DNA of 63,653 nucleotides, filler included, from Octopus bimaculoides (lineage: Eukaryota): NCBI RefSeq assembly GCF_001194135.2. It is 5 parts of 4 records of this genome, joined end to end, with 100 filler letters (N's around TTAATTAATTAA, not from the genome) between each part and the next. Parts side by side here need not be neighbours in the genome. Positions count along the whole stretch, not along the records: positions 37,908 to 57,228 come from NC_069001.1; 4 more parts are not named here. The stretch is one strand, 5' to 3'. Positions 41,380 to 55,428 of this stretch are shown piece after piece; the stretch's first letter is position 1, and each line of letters begins with the position of its first letter. The translations under genes and the position numbers were made by a program. The notes beneath the pieces are model-generated. The model made no database searches. It had not been told where the DNA came from and saw nothing but the letters and a program-made list of their open reading frames with translations.

Positions 41380-42226
41380 GTGCAAGTATATAGTTCTATA
41401 TATAGTATTTGAATGACAGAAGTTGATTGTTATTACTTTAAGGTGTGCTGCGATTGGTCGAGGATGGTCACGGTCGTGGTTTGATGTTGGTATAGTCGGA
41501 AAATACCGCATGTTGAACAAGAAATTGACCACGTGGAGGACAGGAAATAGACCACGTTGCGATTAGAAAATTGGTTATGTTGTTGGCGAGGGGAAGAAGG
41601 AAGGGGTGGCATGTACAAGTATATAGTTCTATATATAGAATTTGAATGACAGAAGTTGATAGTTATTACCACAAGGTGTGCTGCGATTGGTCGAGGAAGA
41701 TCATGCGGTATCGTGTTTTGATGTTGGTATAGTGGGAAAATACCGCATGTTGAACAGGAAATTGACCACATGGAGGACAGGAAATAGACCACATGGTGAT
41801 TAGGAAATTGGTTAGGTTGTTGGGTTAAGTAAGAAGAGGCGGCGTGTGCAAGTATATAGTGCTATATATATAGAATCTGAATAACAGAAGTTGATAGTTA
41901 TTGCCACAAAGTGTGCTGCGATTGGTCGAGGAAGGTCACGTGGTGCCGTGGTTTGATGTTGGTATATGAGTAACAGTCACTTGGAAAATACTGTTCTATA
42001 TATAGAACTATATACTTGCACATGCTGCCGCTTCCTACTTCAACCCCAACAATCTGACCTGTTTACTAATTACCACGTGGTCTATTTCCTGTCCAGCACG
42101 TGGTCAATTTCTTGTTCACCATGCGGTATCTTCTAACTAACAGTTAACCATATACCAACATCAAACCAGTCACCGCGTGACCTTTCTCGACCTATCACAG
42201 CCCACCTTATGGTAATAACAATCAAC
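41380..42226. repeat. 233-bp tandem repeat (about 2.6 copies) followed by an inverted copy
   Basis: Units start at 41380, 41613 and 41846. Segment 41994-42226 is the reverse complement of one unit. Confidence 0.92.
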
Positions 42227-44107
42227 GTCTGACGATTAGCATCACGCTTGAAACTCAAGAGTACCAACGAATTTGAATCAAACCGTCTTAATCCATACAC
42301 TCACACACACATATGAGGCAACAGGTGGCCTAATGATTAGGGTGTTGCACTCACAATCGCGAGATCGTAGTTTCGATTCCCGGACCAGGCGATGCGGCAT
42401 GTTCTTGAGCAAAGCACTTCATTTCACGTTGCTCTTCCATCACTTCGACATCTTACGTGTGGCACATCGTGCACTTGTACAGGTAGTGTCAATTTGTGAG
42501 CTAATGTACAGCAAAAGATATTTAATCACTATAAACAAATCATTGCAGGATTGCAGATCCCTCACCCTCCGTCTAAAATAGGGGATTCTACCACATACAT
42601 GTATACATGCATACATATACATTTATGATTAATTTAACTTGAAACGCGTGAGGCAAGTTACTAACTATAGATTATGCGGTATCTCTAATTTCCAGGGAAT
42701 GTGGAAAAGAATGCCTTTCAGGGGTGGACGGAAGCGTCATATGAAGGTTCAATTAAACATTATTGTAACACCTACTACACGAGGCGCCCATCATTTTCCC
42801 CTATGTGCAAAAGTGTGTAAGACCGTACAGCGACTAAATGCTGCTCATGTTTAAGAGCGGGGAAAAGAACAATTGTTCGGCATTGTTCGGAATCGTCTAG
42901 CAGCCATCTCTCCCTCGCTCTCTCTCTTGTTTCTATGTCACTCTCTCTTTCTTACCCCCCCCCTCTCTCTCTCTCACATACACATATACATACACTCATA
43001 TATATACATATATATGGCATTCATATACATATGTGCGTATATGTATTATGTGTGTGTGTGCGTGTGTGTGTTTGGTGTGAGTGAATATAACTATTATAAC
43101 GTATATGTATGTATGTATNNNNNNNNNNNNNNNNNNNNNNNNNNNNNNNNNNNNNNNNNNNNNNNNNNNNNNNNNNNNNNNNNNNNNNNNNNNNNNNNNN
43201 NNNNNNNNNNNNNNNNNNNNNNNNNNNNNNNNNNNNNNNNNNNNNNNNNNNNNNNNNNNNNNNNNNNNNNNNNNNNNNNNNNNNNNNNNNNNNNNNNNNN
43301 NNNNNNNNNNNNNNNNNNNNNNNNNNNNNNNNNNNNNNNNNNNNNNNNNNNNNNNNNNNNNNNNNNNNNNNNNNNNNNNNNNNNNNNNNNNNNNNNNNNN
43401 NNNNNNNNNNNNNNNNNNNNNNNNNNNNNNNNNNNNNNNNNNNNNNNNNNNNNNNNNNNNNNNNNNNNNNNNNNNNNNNNNNNNNNNNNNNNNNNNNNNN
43501 NNNNNNNNNNNNNNNNNNNNNNNNNNNNNNNNNNNNNNNNNNNNNNNNNNNNNNNNNNNNNNNNNNNNNNNNNNNNNNNNNNNNNNNNNNNNNNNNNNNN
43601 NNNNNNNNNNNNNNNNNNNNNNNNNNNNNNNNNNNNNNNNNNNNNNNNNNNNNNNNNNNNNNNNNNNNNNNNNNNNNNNNNNNNNNNNNNNNNNNNNNNN
43701 NNNNNNNNNNNNNNNNNNNNNNNNNNNNNNNNNNNNNNNNNNNNNNNNNNNNNNNNNNNNNNNNNNNNNNNNNNNNNNNNNNNNNNNNNNNNNNNNNNNN
43801 NNNNNNNNNNNNNNNNNNNNNNNNNNNNNNNNNNNNNNNNNNNNNNNNNNNNNNNNNNNNNNNNNNNNNNNNNNNNNNNNNNNNNNNNNNNNNNNNNNNN
43901 NNNNNNNNNNNNNNNNNNNNNNNNNNNNNNNNNNNNNNNNNNNNNNNNNNNNNNNNNNNNNNNNNNNNNNNNNNNNNNNNNNNNNNNNNNNNNNNNNNNN
44001 NNNNNNNNNNNNNNNNNNNNNNNNNNNNNNNNNNNNNNNNNNNNNNNNNNNNNNNNNNNNNNNNNNNNNNNNNNNNNNATAAATATTATACATATATATT
44101 ATATATG

Positions 44108-44138
<31 letters not shown>

Positions 44139-44519
44139 ATGTATATATTATATATATATATAATTTTTTTTTATATATGCACGTTTATATACAAATACAC
44201 ACACACATATATATATATAAATACATACATATGCGTAAAATCGTGTGTGATATACCTATCATATACGTGAGAATATATACATGTGTGTATGTGTGTATGT
44301 ATATGTGTCTCTATGTGTGTGTGTATATATCTGTATACATGTGTGTGCGCGTGTGTGAATGTGTCTCTATGTTTGTGTGCGTGCGCGCAAGCGTGTTTCC
44401 ATTTCTGTTTTTTAAATCAGACTATTTAAAAAATAAAATAAGTCTTTTGCTTCGTTTCTGCTTCTGGCATTTTCTTTCTGCTTCTTTTATATCCCTGTTT
44501 CCTCTACTCAAAAGCCTTT

Positions 44520-45131
44520 CTGACCGTCTGTCTGTCTCTATGTCTGTCTGTCTCTATGTCTGTCTGTCTCTATGTCTGTCTGTCTAACTATCTGTCTAAC
44601 TATCTGTCTAACTATCTGTCTGTTTCTCCGTCTATCTGTCTGCCTGTAAGTCTATCTGTCTATTTGCCTGTCTGTCTGTCTGTCTAACTGTCAGTTTTTC
44701 CGTCTATCAGGTTATCTATTAGTCTATCTGTCTGTCTGTCTACATATCTGTCTGTCCATCTATCTGTCGTTTTGCCTGTCTGTCTGCCTAACCATCTGTG
44801 TCTCCGTATATCTCTCTGTCTGTCTAACTGTCTGTCCGTCTGCATGTCTACCTGTCCGTCTATCTGATTGCATGTCCATCTATCTATCTCTCTATCTGTT
44901 TTCCGCTCTATTTGCTTATCCATTTGTCTGTCACTCTGTCTATCATTCTGCTCCTCTATCAGTGTCTCTATCTATCCGTCTGTCTATCTATTTGTCTGTC
45001 CGTCTATCTGTTTGTCTGTCTATCTGTCTGTCCATCTATCTGTGTGTGTCTGCCCGTCTATTTTTCTCTCTGTCTGTCTACCTATTTGTCTGTCCATCAG
45101 CCTGCCTGTCCGTCAACTTTTCTGTTTGTCC

Positions 45132-45175
<44 letters not shown>

Positions 45176-45200
45176 GTACGTCTATCTACCTGTCCATATA
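44520..45200. repeat. Degenerate (TGTC/TATC)n tetranucleotide tract
   Basis: Source of the SVCL/SIYL pseudo-ORFs. Confidence 0.9.
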
Positions 45201-45377
45201 TCCATATCTTTGCGTACGTCCAATATACAAGAGACTGTGAGCTTCCGGCCAGCATCTCCGAATAGTCATCGATGTTATCAATTGCAGTAGTCGATATGAA
45301 ACCTATGGTAACATTCTAAGCCATTATATATCATAACCAGTAATGTACAGTTCAATGTTAAGAATATACATACGCAG

Positions 45378-45701
45378 AGTGAAGGCGCGTGGCTCAGTGG
45401 TTAGGGCGTTCGTTTCACGATCGTAAGGTCATGAGTTAGATTCCCGGTGACGCGTTGTGTCCTTCAGCAAGACATTCTATTTCACGTTGCTCCAGTTCAC
45501 TCAGCTGGCAAAAATGAGTTGTACATGTATTTCAAAAGGCGGGCCTTGTCACACTCTATTTCACGCTGAGTCTCCCTGAGAACTACGTTTAGGGTACACC
45601 GTGTCTGTGGATTGCTCAATCACTTGCACGTTAATTTCACGAGCAGGCTGTTCCGTTGATCGGATCAGCAGAGACCCTCGTCGTTGTAACCGACGGAGTG
45701 C
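45378..45701 (+). mobile_element. tRNA-derived CORE-type SINE
   Basis: Box A TGGCTCAGTGG; central TGTGTCCTTCAGCAAGAC...GCTCCAGTTCACTCAGCTGGCAAAAATGAG; 3' tail shared with 50041-50413. Confidence 0.85.
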
Positions 45702-45831
45702 ACATACGCAGTGACGTACACGCGCGCGTGCACGCACACATGTATGCATGCATATGTATGTATTACCACAAATTTTTATCATATAGATTATATAGAGTGA
45801 TATAGATAGATATAGATATACACATATATAC

Positions 45832-45864
<33 letters not shown>

Positions 45865-46300
45865 NNNNNNNNNNNNNNNNNNNNNNNNNNNNNNNNNNNN
45901 NNNNNNNNNNNNNNNNNNNNNNNNNNNNNNNNNNNNNNNNNNNNNNNNNNNNNNNNNNNNNNNNNNNNNNNNNNNNNNNNNNNNNNNNNNNNNNNNNNNN
46001 NNNNNNNNNNNNNNNNNNNNNNNNNNNNNNNNNNNNNNNNNNNNNNNNNNNNNNNNNNNNNNNNNNNNNNNNNNNNNNNNNNNNNNNNNNNNNNNNNNNN
46101 NNNNNNNNNNNNNNNNNNNNNNNNNNNNNNNNNNNNNNNNNNNNNNNNNNNNNNNNNNNNNNNNNNNNNNNNNNNNNNNNNNNNNNNNNNNNNNNNNNNN
46201 NNNNNNNNNNNNNNNNNNNNNNNNNNNNNNNNNNNNNNNNNNNNNNNNNNNNNNNNNNNNNNNNNNNNNNNNNNNNNNNNNNNNNNNNNNNNNNNNNNNN

Positions 46301-46340
<40 letters not shown>

Positions 46341-46726
46341 CACGTATATATGTGTGTGCATACTATGCATGTCTATATATACTATGTACATGCACGCACA
46401 AACATACACATGCATATATACATGAGTGTGTGCGTGCGCGTGCGCGTTATATATTATGTATTATATGCGAATGTATGTGTGTATGCATGCATGTATGTGT
46501 GTGTGTGTGGTGGGGAGGAGTTGAGTGTAATAAATGGCAGGAAGTAGCCATCATGAAAGAAAGTTAGAACTGATACGTGGAGTAAATTAATCGCTAAACC
46601 TATTTAGACCAACGTTAAAGCTTACCTCTTGGGATTCCCTCCGTGGACTGATAACAGCACTGTAATAATTTTACAAATAAATAGAGAGCGAGAGAGANNN
46701 NNNNNNNATAGAGAGCGAGAGAGAGG

Positions 46727-46766
<40 letters not shown>

Positions 46767-46967
46767 GAGAGAGAGTGGTGGAAGGGGGAGATAGAGACAG
46801 ACAGAGACAGACAAAGACCGACAGACAGACACACATGGGCATGCACACGGATACACACGCATACATACGTACGTGCGCATGCACGCACACACACACACAC
46901 TCATATTGTCATTTACACAACAATACAAGGTAATACGGATCTATTCCATACATATATATGTATCTAT

Positions 46968-47015
<48 letters not shown>

Positions 47016-47621
47016 GCGCGCGCGCATACACACACCTCCATATATNNNNNNNNNNNNNNNNNNNNNNNNNNNNNNNNNNNNNNNNNNNNNNNNNNNNNNN
47101 NNNNNNNNNNNNNNNNNNNNNNNNNNNNNNNNNNNNNNNNNNNNNNNNNNNNNNNNNNNNNNNNNNNNNNNNNNNNNNNNNNNNNNNNNNNNNNNNNNNN
47201 NNNNNNNNNNNNNNNNNNNNNNNNNNNNNNNNNNNNNNNNNNNNNNNNNNNNNNNNNNNNNNNNNNNNNNNNNNNNNNNNNNNNNNNNNNNNNNNATATA
47301 TATATATATATATACACTTAGCTTTATAAATTCTATTCGTAGCTGAAGCCGTGAACACATAGATATGTACACAATCTTAAACACATGTTCGAACATTCAT
47401 CGTCATATGTAGAGAACGTTTTCTACACAAGCATGGAAAGACTCTCAGACTCGTGTAGAACAACATAACACACCCACAAACATCTATACACACATACGCA
47501 TGCATTCATAAATACATATTCGTGTTTGTCTATACATATATACATATACATGTATTTCTAGGTATACACTTGAATGTATGTATGTATGTATGTATGCATG
47601 TATCTATTTATCTATCTATCT

Positions 47622-47668
<47 letters not shown>

Positions 47669-47681
47669 TAACATACATACA

Positions 47682-47712
<31 letters not shown>

Positions 47713-48030
47713 GATTTTGCCAATATATGTATACGCACAATTACTACCTATCCTACATGCACACATACATACTTATACATATACATATGCACACACAGAT
47801 ACACACTTTGTATACGCATAGACGTATACATGCAGAGAGAGAGAGAAAGAGGGGGAGGGAGAGGTGGGAGGGAAGGAGAAGGAGGGAGAGGCAGAGAGAG
47901 ACACACGTAATATACAGGATATCATTTCAAGTGCCTTTTAAACCAACACCTGGGAAATGTTAATATATAGAAAGTAATAAAGACGAACTTACATTGACAG
48001 TAAGATAATATAATTTAATAAAACTACTAT

Positions 48031-48082
<52 letters not shown>

Positions 48083-48469
48083 GCTGCTGCGACCACTGTC
48101 ATTGTTGCCACTCATACAAACACTTTCACCGAGACTAGCACTCTGATTACTAAAATCACTTTCACTACTACCCCTCCCAAACAACTTCCTTCCACACTAC
48201 TATATCATCAACACTACTGCTACCAACACCACCACCACCACCACCACCACTACTACTACTTCCCCACTGCAATCACCACCTTTACAGCTAATCACAAATT
48301 CTACAGCCTTCAGTATAACTTGAACAACTCCCCAGTTATATTTTACCCTTCTTTTTTCGGTGTTCTGTGATTATTTACACATATCTATCTCTGAACTCTG
48401 ATTAGAAGATGTCCATCTGTGACCATCACTGTTGATGGTTCATTGATGTCTTCATTATTTCCCACAACA

Positions 48470-48750
48470 GCGTGGCCGATGAGTTCACATTACCATGAAG
48501 AGAGTATTGTAAACAAATCACTAACAAGACATACATTGGTCTTGCTGCAAACGTGTTCAAGACCAGATTAAACCAACGTTTACATGCCTTCTGGAACCCG
48601 GACACGAGAAATGTCACTCCACTCTCCAGCTATCTCAGGCACTTTCGCGAGTACTAGACTTCATATGACCTACAATGAAAGCCTCATCATATTGTTGTAG
48701 CTGCAAGCCCTGTTATCTCTATACAGCAGAAAGCATCTACATCACTACCT
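48470..48750 (+). mobile_element. Penelope-like GIY-YIG endonuclease fragment, degraded
   Basis: PMSSHYHEESIVNK...KTYIGLAANVFKTRLNQRLHAF...TPLSSYLRH matches the PLE endonuclease pattern. Confidence 0.7.
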
Positions 48751-49069
48751 GCGTCTTTCAGCAAAGCACTTCATTTCATATTGCTTCAATTCACTCAGCT
48801 GGAAATGTTTATCAGCGGCAACAAGAGGTTGTCTTTACGAAGGAGTGACCTCCTTTTCTGGGGAGAATCGTGTATCTGCATTCGCCAGAATGTCTTGCAA
48901 ATCCAAAAATGCTCGGAGTGCAATTCTGTCTATAATGTATATTTACAAGAAGGCATTTGTGTCTGTCTCTATATGAAGTGTTGATATAATGTCTATATAT
49001 GTGTGCGTGTGTGTATTTGTAGATGTGTGTATATAACAATGTAAACGTACCTATACATACCTTTATATG

Positions 49070-49118
<49 letters not shown>

Positions 49119-49120
<2 letters not shown>

Positions 49121-49306
49121 GAGAATATACGAAAAAACAACAACAGACGAGGACAGGTGGTGTAAATAACAAAAGGATGTATTAGTATGACGCTCGGGAA
49201 TACGGAAAGTCTTTGACGTTTCGAGCTACGCTCTTCAACAGAAAGAATACGGAGACAAGGAGAAAAACACGGAGAAAAAAAATTGAATAGTGTCCAGTCA
49301 ACGGTC
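49119..49306 (-). mobile_element. Second copy of the 190-bp hammerhead-bearing repeat, within (TA)n
   Basis: Near-identical to 14306-14492, with (TA)n on both sides. Confidence 0.8.
49210..49246 (-). ncRNA. Minimal type-I hammerhead-like motif (A6U core variant)
   Basis: Identical 37-mer to 14396-14432. Confidence 0.6.
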
Positions 49307-49580
49307 ATATATATATACATACATACATACATACATACATACACACATACGTACATACATACATACATACATACATGCGTACATACATGCATGCATACAT
49401 ACATACATACATATATATGATATTAATGGTTTCTTATTAGGAAACCAATATATTTTATACAGGGGTGCAAGAAGTGCTCAGAATAATTGAGACAAGAGTA
49501 AAATATAAGTTATAGAATAAAAACGCTGTCGTGTCTTCTTTTTTGATCTGAAAAATAACGATAGCGTTAGAAAGGATATA

Positions 49581-49980
49581 GTGGAAAATCACCAATGTGA
49601 TACGAAAAACTTCTACAACCTCAAAAGTTATAGAAACCCACCATCCAACCCTGCTATTGCTAAATTTGAGCGTTATTTGATGAATATGATTAAACAACTG
49701 AAGTTCTCTGAATATACGAACCCCTTCCAGAAACTGTTATCTGATAAGATATCTGAGATGAGGTCATCTCCGAACTTACATATATTGTCTGATAAGACTG
49801 GAAATATCTATTCAGTGTCCCCTGAGCTTTATAATAAATTAATACTAAAGGAATTAAATTCAGGATATAAGCATGCCAAAAAGGATGCGGTGGATAGCAT
49901 TAATGAAAATCACTTGGAGATCATCTCCAACTTGGGCCTACTGGATAGAACCCAGCCTTATGCTCCAAAAGCCCCACATG
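49581..49980 (+). mobile_element. Penelope-like ORF fragment upstream of the RT core
   Basis: PPSNPAIAKFERYLMNMIKQLKF..NPFQKLL...ILSDKTGNIY...LYNKLI contains the DKT motif that precedes PLE RT. Confidence 0.75.
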
Positions 49981-50040
49981 CACTTTCCTCTGCCTTCTTG
50001 AAAGTGTATAGAAATAAAAATAAGTTTAAAAGCAATAGAT

Positions 50041-50413
50041 GTGGAGGCGCAATGGCCCAGTGGTTAGGGCAGCGGACTCGCGGTCATAGGATCGCGGATT
50101 CGATTCCCAGACCGGGCGCTGTGAGTGTTTATTGAGCGAGAAACACCTGAGGCTCCGACAGGGGATGGTGGCGAACCCTGCTGTACTCTTTCACCACAAC
50201 TTTCTCTCACTCTTACTTCCTGTTTCTGTTGTGCCTGTAATTCAAAGGGTCAGCCTTGTCACACTGTGTCACGCTGAATATCCCCGGGAACTACGTTAAG
50301 GGTACACGTGTCTGTGGAGTGCTCAGCCACTTGCACGTTAATTTCACGAGTAGGCTGTTCCGTTGATGGGATTAACTGGAACCCTCGACGTCGTAAGCGA
50401 CGGAGTACCAACC
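50041..50413 (+). mobile_element. tRNA-derived SINE with a 13-bp target-site duplication
   Basis: Boxes A and B are present. The flanks AAAAGCAATAGAT (50028-50040) and AAAAGGAATAGAT (50414-50426) differ by one mismatch. Confidence 0.92.
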
Positions 50414-51423
50414 AAAAGGAATAGATAATAACAAGTGTAATAGTTTGCGTTAGGGTGATTTGAAACCTCGAAGATTGGTTTTGATACTGCAGCCTGTTTG
50501 ACTATTCTAAAATAGCACATTTTTTTTTTTTTAATCTTCCCATTATTTGTATAAGCTTGTCTAAGGCTGGTCCATATTGATTATATATATTTCCTTTGTG
50601 GTTGTACGTGGTTTTCGTGAAATTGATTTTACTGATTGATACCTGCTGGGTGCTGTAATTTTATTTTGAGCCATGTGTTGTGAACTTTTGGGACATGGTG
50701 AGCGGAATTAAAATTTTACATGTTTTACCTGTTGATACCTGCTGGGCGCCTGTTGTTCTTTCTTGTATATAACTCACTGGTGCGGACTTACCTATTAGTG
50801 TCTACCGTTTTTGTGTTGTAAAATGTGCCCGAGGGAGATGAAGAACTTTGAGCTTTAACTCTAAATGGTGTTAAATCATTTCTGTCCTTGATTTTTAACC
50901 GATGGACTACTTTATGGTACTTCATTTCTTTATTTTATTTTACTTTATTCTATATCGACCTATATTGTATTATATATTTTAAATTTTTATTCCTTTTATT
51001 CGTATTAATTTTTATTCGTATTAATTTTAACTTCTATGAAATGATATTCACGTGTATTGCTTTATACCTTTAACTCAATTTTTTTCAGTTCCATGTTATC
51101 GGTTGAAACAATATACTCGTGTATAAAATTTTATACTATATGTTCTATATTTCTTATTCTTTTATTTATTATTTCTTCTTACGTTATATCTTCTTATTAC
51201 TTATTTTTGACGGATTATGTTGTATATCTTATATATGTTCATTGAGGGGATGTGATATGTTGAGTCGTTAACCCAGCGTTTTTATTCTATAACTAATATT
51301 TATATATTTAGTCTTCGTCTTCGCTCCTTGTACTATGTGGACATTTATTGTGGTTTTATAGTCAGAATTTGACTGCTATTTTTCAGCGTGGCGGTATCTC
51401 TTAGATACCCTGTATTATAATTT

Positions 51424-51458
<35 letters not shown>

Positions 51459-51469
51459 TAGGGGTGGCT

Positions 51470-52125
51470 ATTTGTGACAGGGCTGGTTGTTTGACTTACA
51501 AGTACGACTCATTTTTGCCAGTTGAGTGGACTAGAACGATGTGAAATAAAGTTACTTGCTCCAGGACACAGCATACAGCCCGATCCGGGAATTGAACTCA
51601 TGATCGTGGGCCGAATGCCTCTGGAACTGGCACTCTTTCGGTAACGGCGATGAGGCTTCCAGTTGATCCGTTGAACCGAACAGCCTGCTAGTGAAACGTA
51701 CAGGCAAGTGTCTGATCACCCCAAAAACACGCGAACCCTTAACGTAGTTCAGGGGGGAAATTCAGTGTGACAGCGTTACAGGGTCAACTCATTTTTGCCT
51801 GCTGAATGGACTGAACCAACGCGAAATAAAGCGACAGGTTCAAGGACAGAACTTGCCGCTGGGGATAGAACTCGCGACATTCTGATTGTGAGCCGTATGT
51901 TCTGACCACAGAGCCACGCATCTTTACGTGTTTGTATTAATGCCTTAATGAATGCGTTTGAAGGTATGTGATAATTTCTTCAGTATGAGGCGGCGAGCTG
52001 ACAGAGTCGTTAGTCCGGTGGACGCAATGCTTAGCGGTTTTACTCGTCGTTACGTTCTGAGTTCAAATTCCTCCGAAGTCGACTTGCATCTTTTCGGGGT
52101 CGATAAAATAAGTACCAAGCTGCTC
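51470..52125. mobile_element. SINE cluster: two CORE-type copies (-) and one further SINE (+, about 51985-52125)
   Basis: ACTCATTTTTGCC..TGA.TGGACT occurs twice, and a GGCGAGCTGACAGA head with box B follows. Confidence 0.75.
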
Positions 52126-53597
52126 TTGTGGCAAAAATTATTTTTTTCGGTGTGATCTCTTGGCTCCTACATTGTTCTCCACCTTCTTTGTGGTGGTGGT
52201 GTGCTGTTGCTGCCGCTGCTGCTGCTGCTGTTGATGATGATGATGATCATCATCATCATCATCATGATGTTGTGCTGCCGCTGCCGCTGCCGCTGCTGCT
52301 GGGAGGTAAATGTGTTGTAATCAGTGTGGAACGAGTTGTCTTTCCCTTGCAGATCTTAGTAGCCATATGAGATGTCATAGACGATGGGGAAACTTAACTT
52401 AAAATGTTTCTAAGAGTGAACTGGCTTTAAGAAGTGGCGTCATTCGGTCACAGGTCGAGTACAAACGTATGGGTATATAATGTATGTAGAGAACAGCATC
52501 TATGTGTGCCTATGAACAAATAAGTATGTGTATTATATAAGTATAACTATATGCGTAAGTGTGTGTGTGTACGTGTGTCTAAAGCAGTTAACATCCGAGA
52601 TTTCAAAGTTTCGTACGGAAATGATGTTGAAATTTATTCATATAAGTCACATTGGAAAAGAGTTTGCGAGGCATAAGATGTTAGATATTGTGGGGTGGGG
52701 TGGAGAGAGAGAGAAGCAGGGTGTGTGTGTGTGTGTGTGTGTGTGGAGAGAGACACAGACAAAGAGTGAGAGGAGTGAACGTGTATGTGTGTTTGTATGT
52801 GTGGAGAGGGAGAGAGGAGTGTGTTTATGTATGTATGTATGTATGTATGTGAGTAGAGAAATAGACAGGCAGACAGAGGAATATGTGTATGTATGGGTAT
52901 GTATGCGTGTGGGGGGGAGAGCGTATGTGTGTGGTGTGTGGGAGAGAGAGTTTGAGTCAGAGAGAGAGAGAAAGACAGAACGAGAAACAAAGGCATATAA
53001 AGAAAGCTTGAGGCAAAAAAAGACATACGGCGTGTGCTTGTGTGCATGTGTGTGTGTATTTGTACACTTGTGGGGGGGGGGCGTGAGGAAGATTGAATGG
53101 GAGTGAGAGGAAGAGGTAGGAGACTACGAGAGTGACGTTAAAGTGTGTTAATCCCAAGGTGCCGGACAGCTTCAGTAATTAGCTTTTGGATTTAACTAAT
53201 GGAAAACCGTAATCGCCTTCTGTAATGACTTTTTTTTTCTGCGTGATTCTCTGTGTTTCTAAACTTATGTGTGTGCTTGTATTTTGAATGCATACATATA
53301 TATGTGTGTGCGTGTAAGTATATATACACACACACACTCACACACACATACATATGCACGCTCGCGCACACGCGGTTTCAGAAAGAGGAAAACTTATTCC
53401 TTGGTCTGCTGTAGATTTGATTTTTGTTATGACGTATTATCTCCCTTGTTCGATTTTTTTTTGCTTTGTTTTGTTTTTCATCGTCGTTGTTGTTGTTGTT
53501 AATGCGTTTCCTGTCTTTTCTTATAATCGCTTTATTTCTTTCCTGGATTTATTATTATATAGTAATGGATATGCTGGCTTGGTCGATAAACTTATAT

Positions 53598-53646
<49 letters not shown>

Positions 53647-53696
53647 ATGCACACATACGTATATATATATACATATAATCACATACATATATATAA

Positions 53697-53734
<38 letters not shown>

Positions 53735-55171
53735 ATACGATGTTTGAATTTGCAAGCAAACAAGTACTCAATGTAGATAACAGGAGCAATTTCATATTTT
53801 AGTCATTTCTGTTAATTACCTAACTCAGTAATCTCAGCAATGTGAGGTATATATATATATATATATATACTTAGATTTTAAATGTTGTCACAACAGTAAT
53901 ATGTCCATTTCTGCTGTAACTTTCTATATCCTTGTACAGCTGAGGATTGCTCTGCATTTTGCATTCAGCGTAATGCTCGCATTACTTAAATAAATGGAGT
54001 AGCATGAAACGTGCGTACTGCAATAACCTTTAAAATCCATGTTGCTTTTTTTGATTTTTGATGTTATATATATATATATACACGCACACATAGGCGTAGG
54101 AGTGGCTGTGACCCCAGTACGCAACTGGTACTTAATTTATTGACCCTGAAAGGATGAAAGGTTAAGACGACCTCGGCGGAAGTCTTTTGCCGATATTGAG
54201 GGAAACACAACGATAGAAGTATTACTAAAAAATTACTATCTTATGTGAAATATCTTTGAAAAATTTCAACGAAGTTCTGCCTCTATTATCAGTTTTTCAT
54301 CCTGTAACCGGGATAAAGTTTCTCAAGATGAAATTATGTTGGTGGAAACATTTTGACACAAATCCGTTCCTGAAATTCGATAAGTTAACGGGAAATTTCG
54401 TGACAAAGAGTTTATCATAGTACATAGACAACTTGAGCCAAGTTCTTTAAAACATGACTCGAAGAATTCTACCACTATTCACGGTGTTTGAAAATATGGA
54501 AAACCCTCATCTTTTAGTCATCGTAACTTGGTTAACTGGCGAGATATTCTCGAAAGAGCTTTTGTAGTGCCTTTTTTTTTTTTTCTTTTTTTTAGCCAAA
54601 AATCAAATTCATCATACCGCTAATACAGCTGTAACTAACTTAAAATTCTTGTTAAATCCTAAAGCATTAACAAAAATATAATTAGAAATAGAGTGCAGGT
54701 ATAAAACTATATCAAACGGCTAAAATTACGATTTCTTGTACTTCCTGGCGTTTGGTTAAACCAATCATTTCTAGTAGAATTATTTTTTCCTAAAAGTAAA
54801 TTTATAGTTTGAATAATTTTAACTATCATAGCGTCTAAAATATGTTTGTTTACAATAACCAGGTCGCAATTTACTGGATTGAAAGACTTATCTATACTCG
54901 AGTTCAGTTGAAAATCATCTTTACACTAATCTAATTGTGGTTCTCAGACTTTTTAAAGAATATTGTGATTAGATGTTGACGTTTAGGGGGCGTTTTTTTT
55001 CTCTTTATGTTCGTAATATTGTTAGAGAAGCGTGTAATATGAAGATAAAGTTATGTCAGAGAACGATTTTTTTTTTCTGAGGGGGATCGAAACTTTTGGG
55101 TGAGCTTTTAAATGTTCTATTGTGGCATTTACGCTACACGCTAACAATAATAATAATAATAATAATAATAA

Positions 55172-55372
55172 TACATTATTTACATTCGGCAGATATCTGT
55201 CCTCATCTTATTTGTTGTTAACACAACGTTTCGACTGATATACCCTCCAGCCTTCATCAGGTGTCTTGGGGAAATTTCGAACCTGGGTTTTCATTCCTAA
55301 GGTATTTTTCGATGTTGTTGTTATTATTATCATTATTATTATTATTATTATTACTACTACTACTACTACTAC

Positions 55373-55428
<56 letters not shown>

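Noticed and set aside
41380-42226. CRISPR-like or coding tandem repeat
   Set aside because: There are no unique spacers, the context is eukaryotic, and the repeated peptides are interrupted by stops.
50041-50115. tRNA genes (also at 34830-34906, 45378-45450, 55424-55493)
   Set aside because: They have box A/B but no complete cloverleaf or acceptor stem, and they continue into repeat bodies. These are SINE heads.
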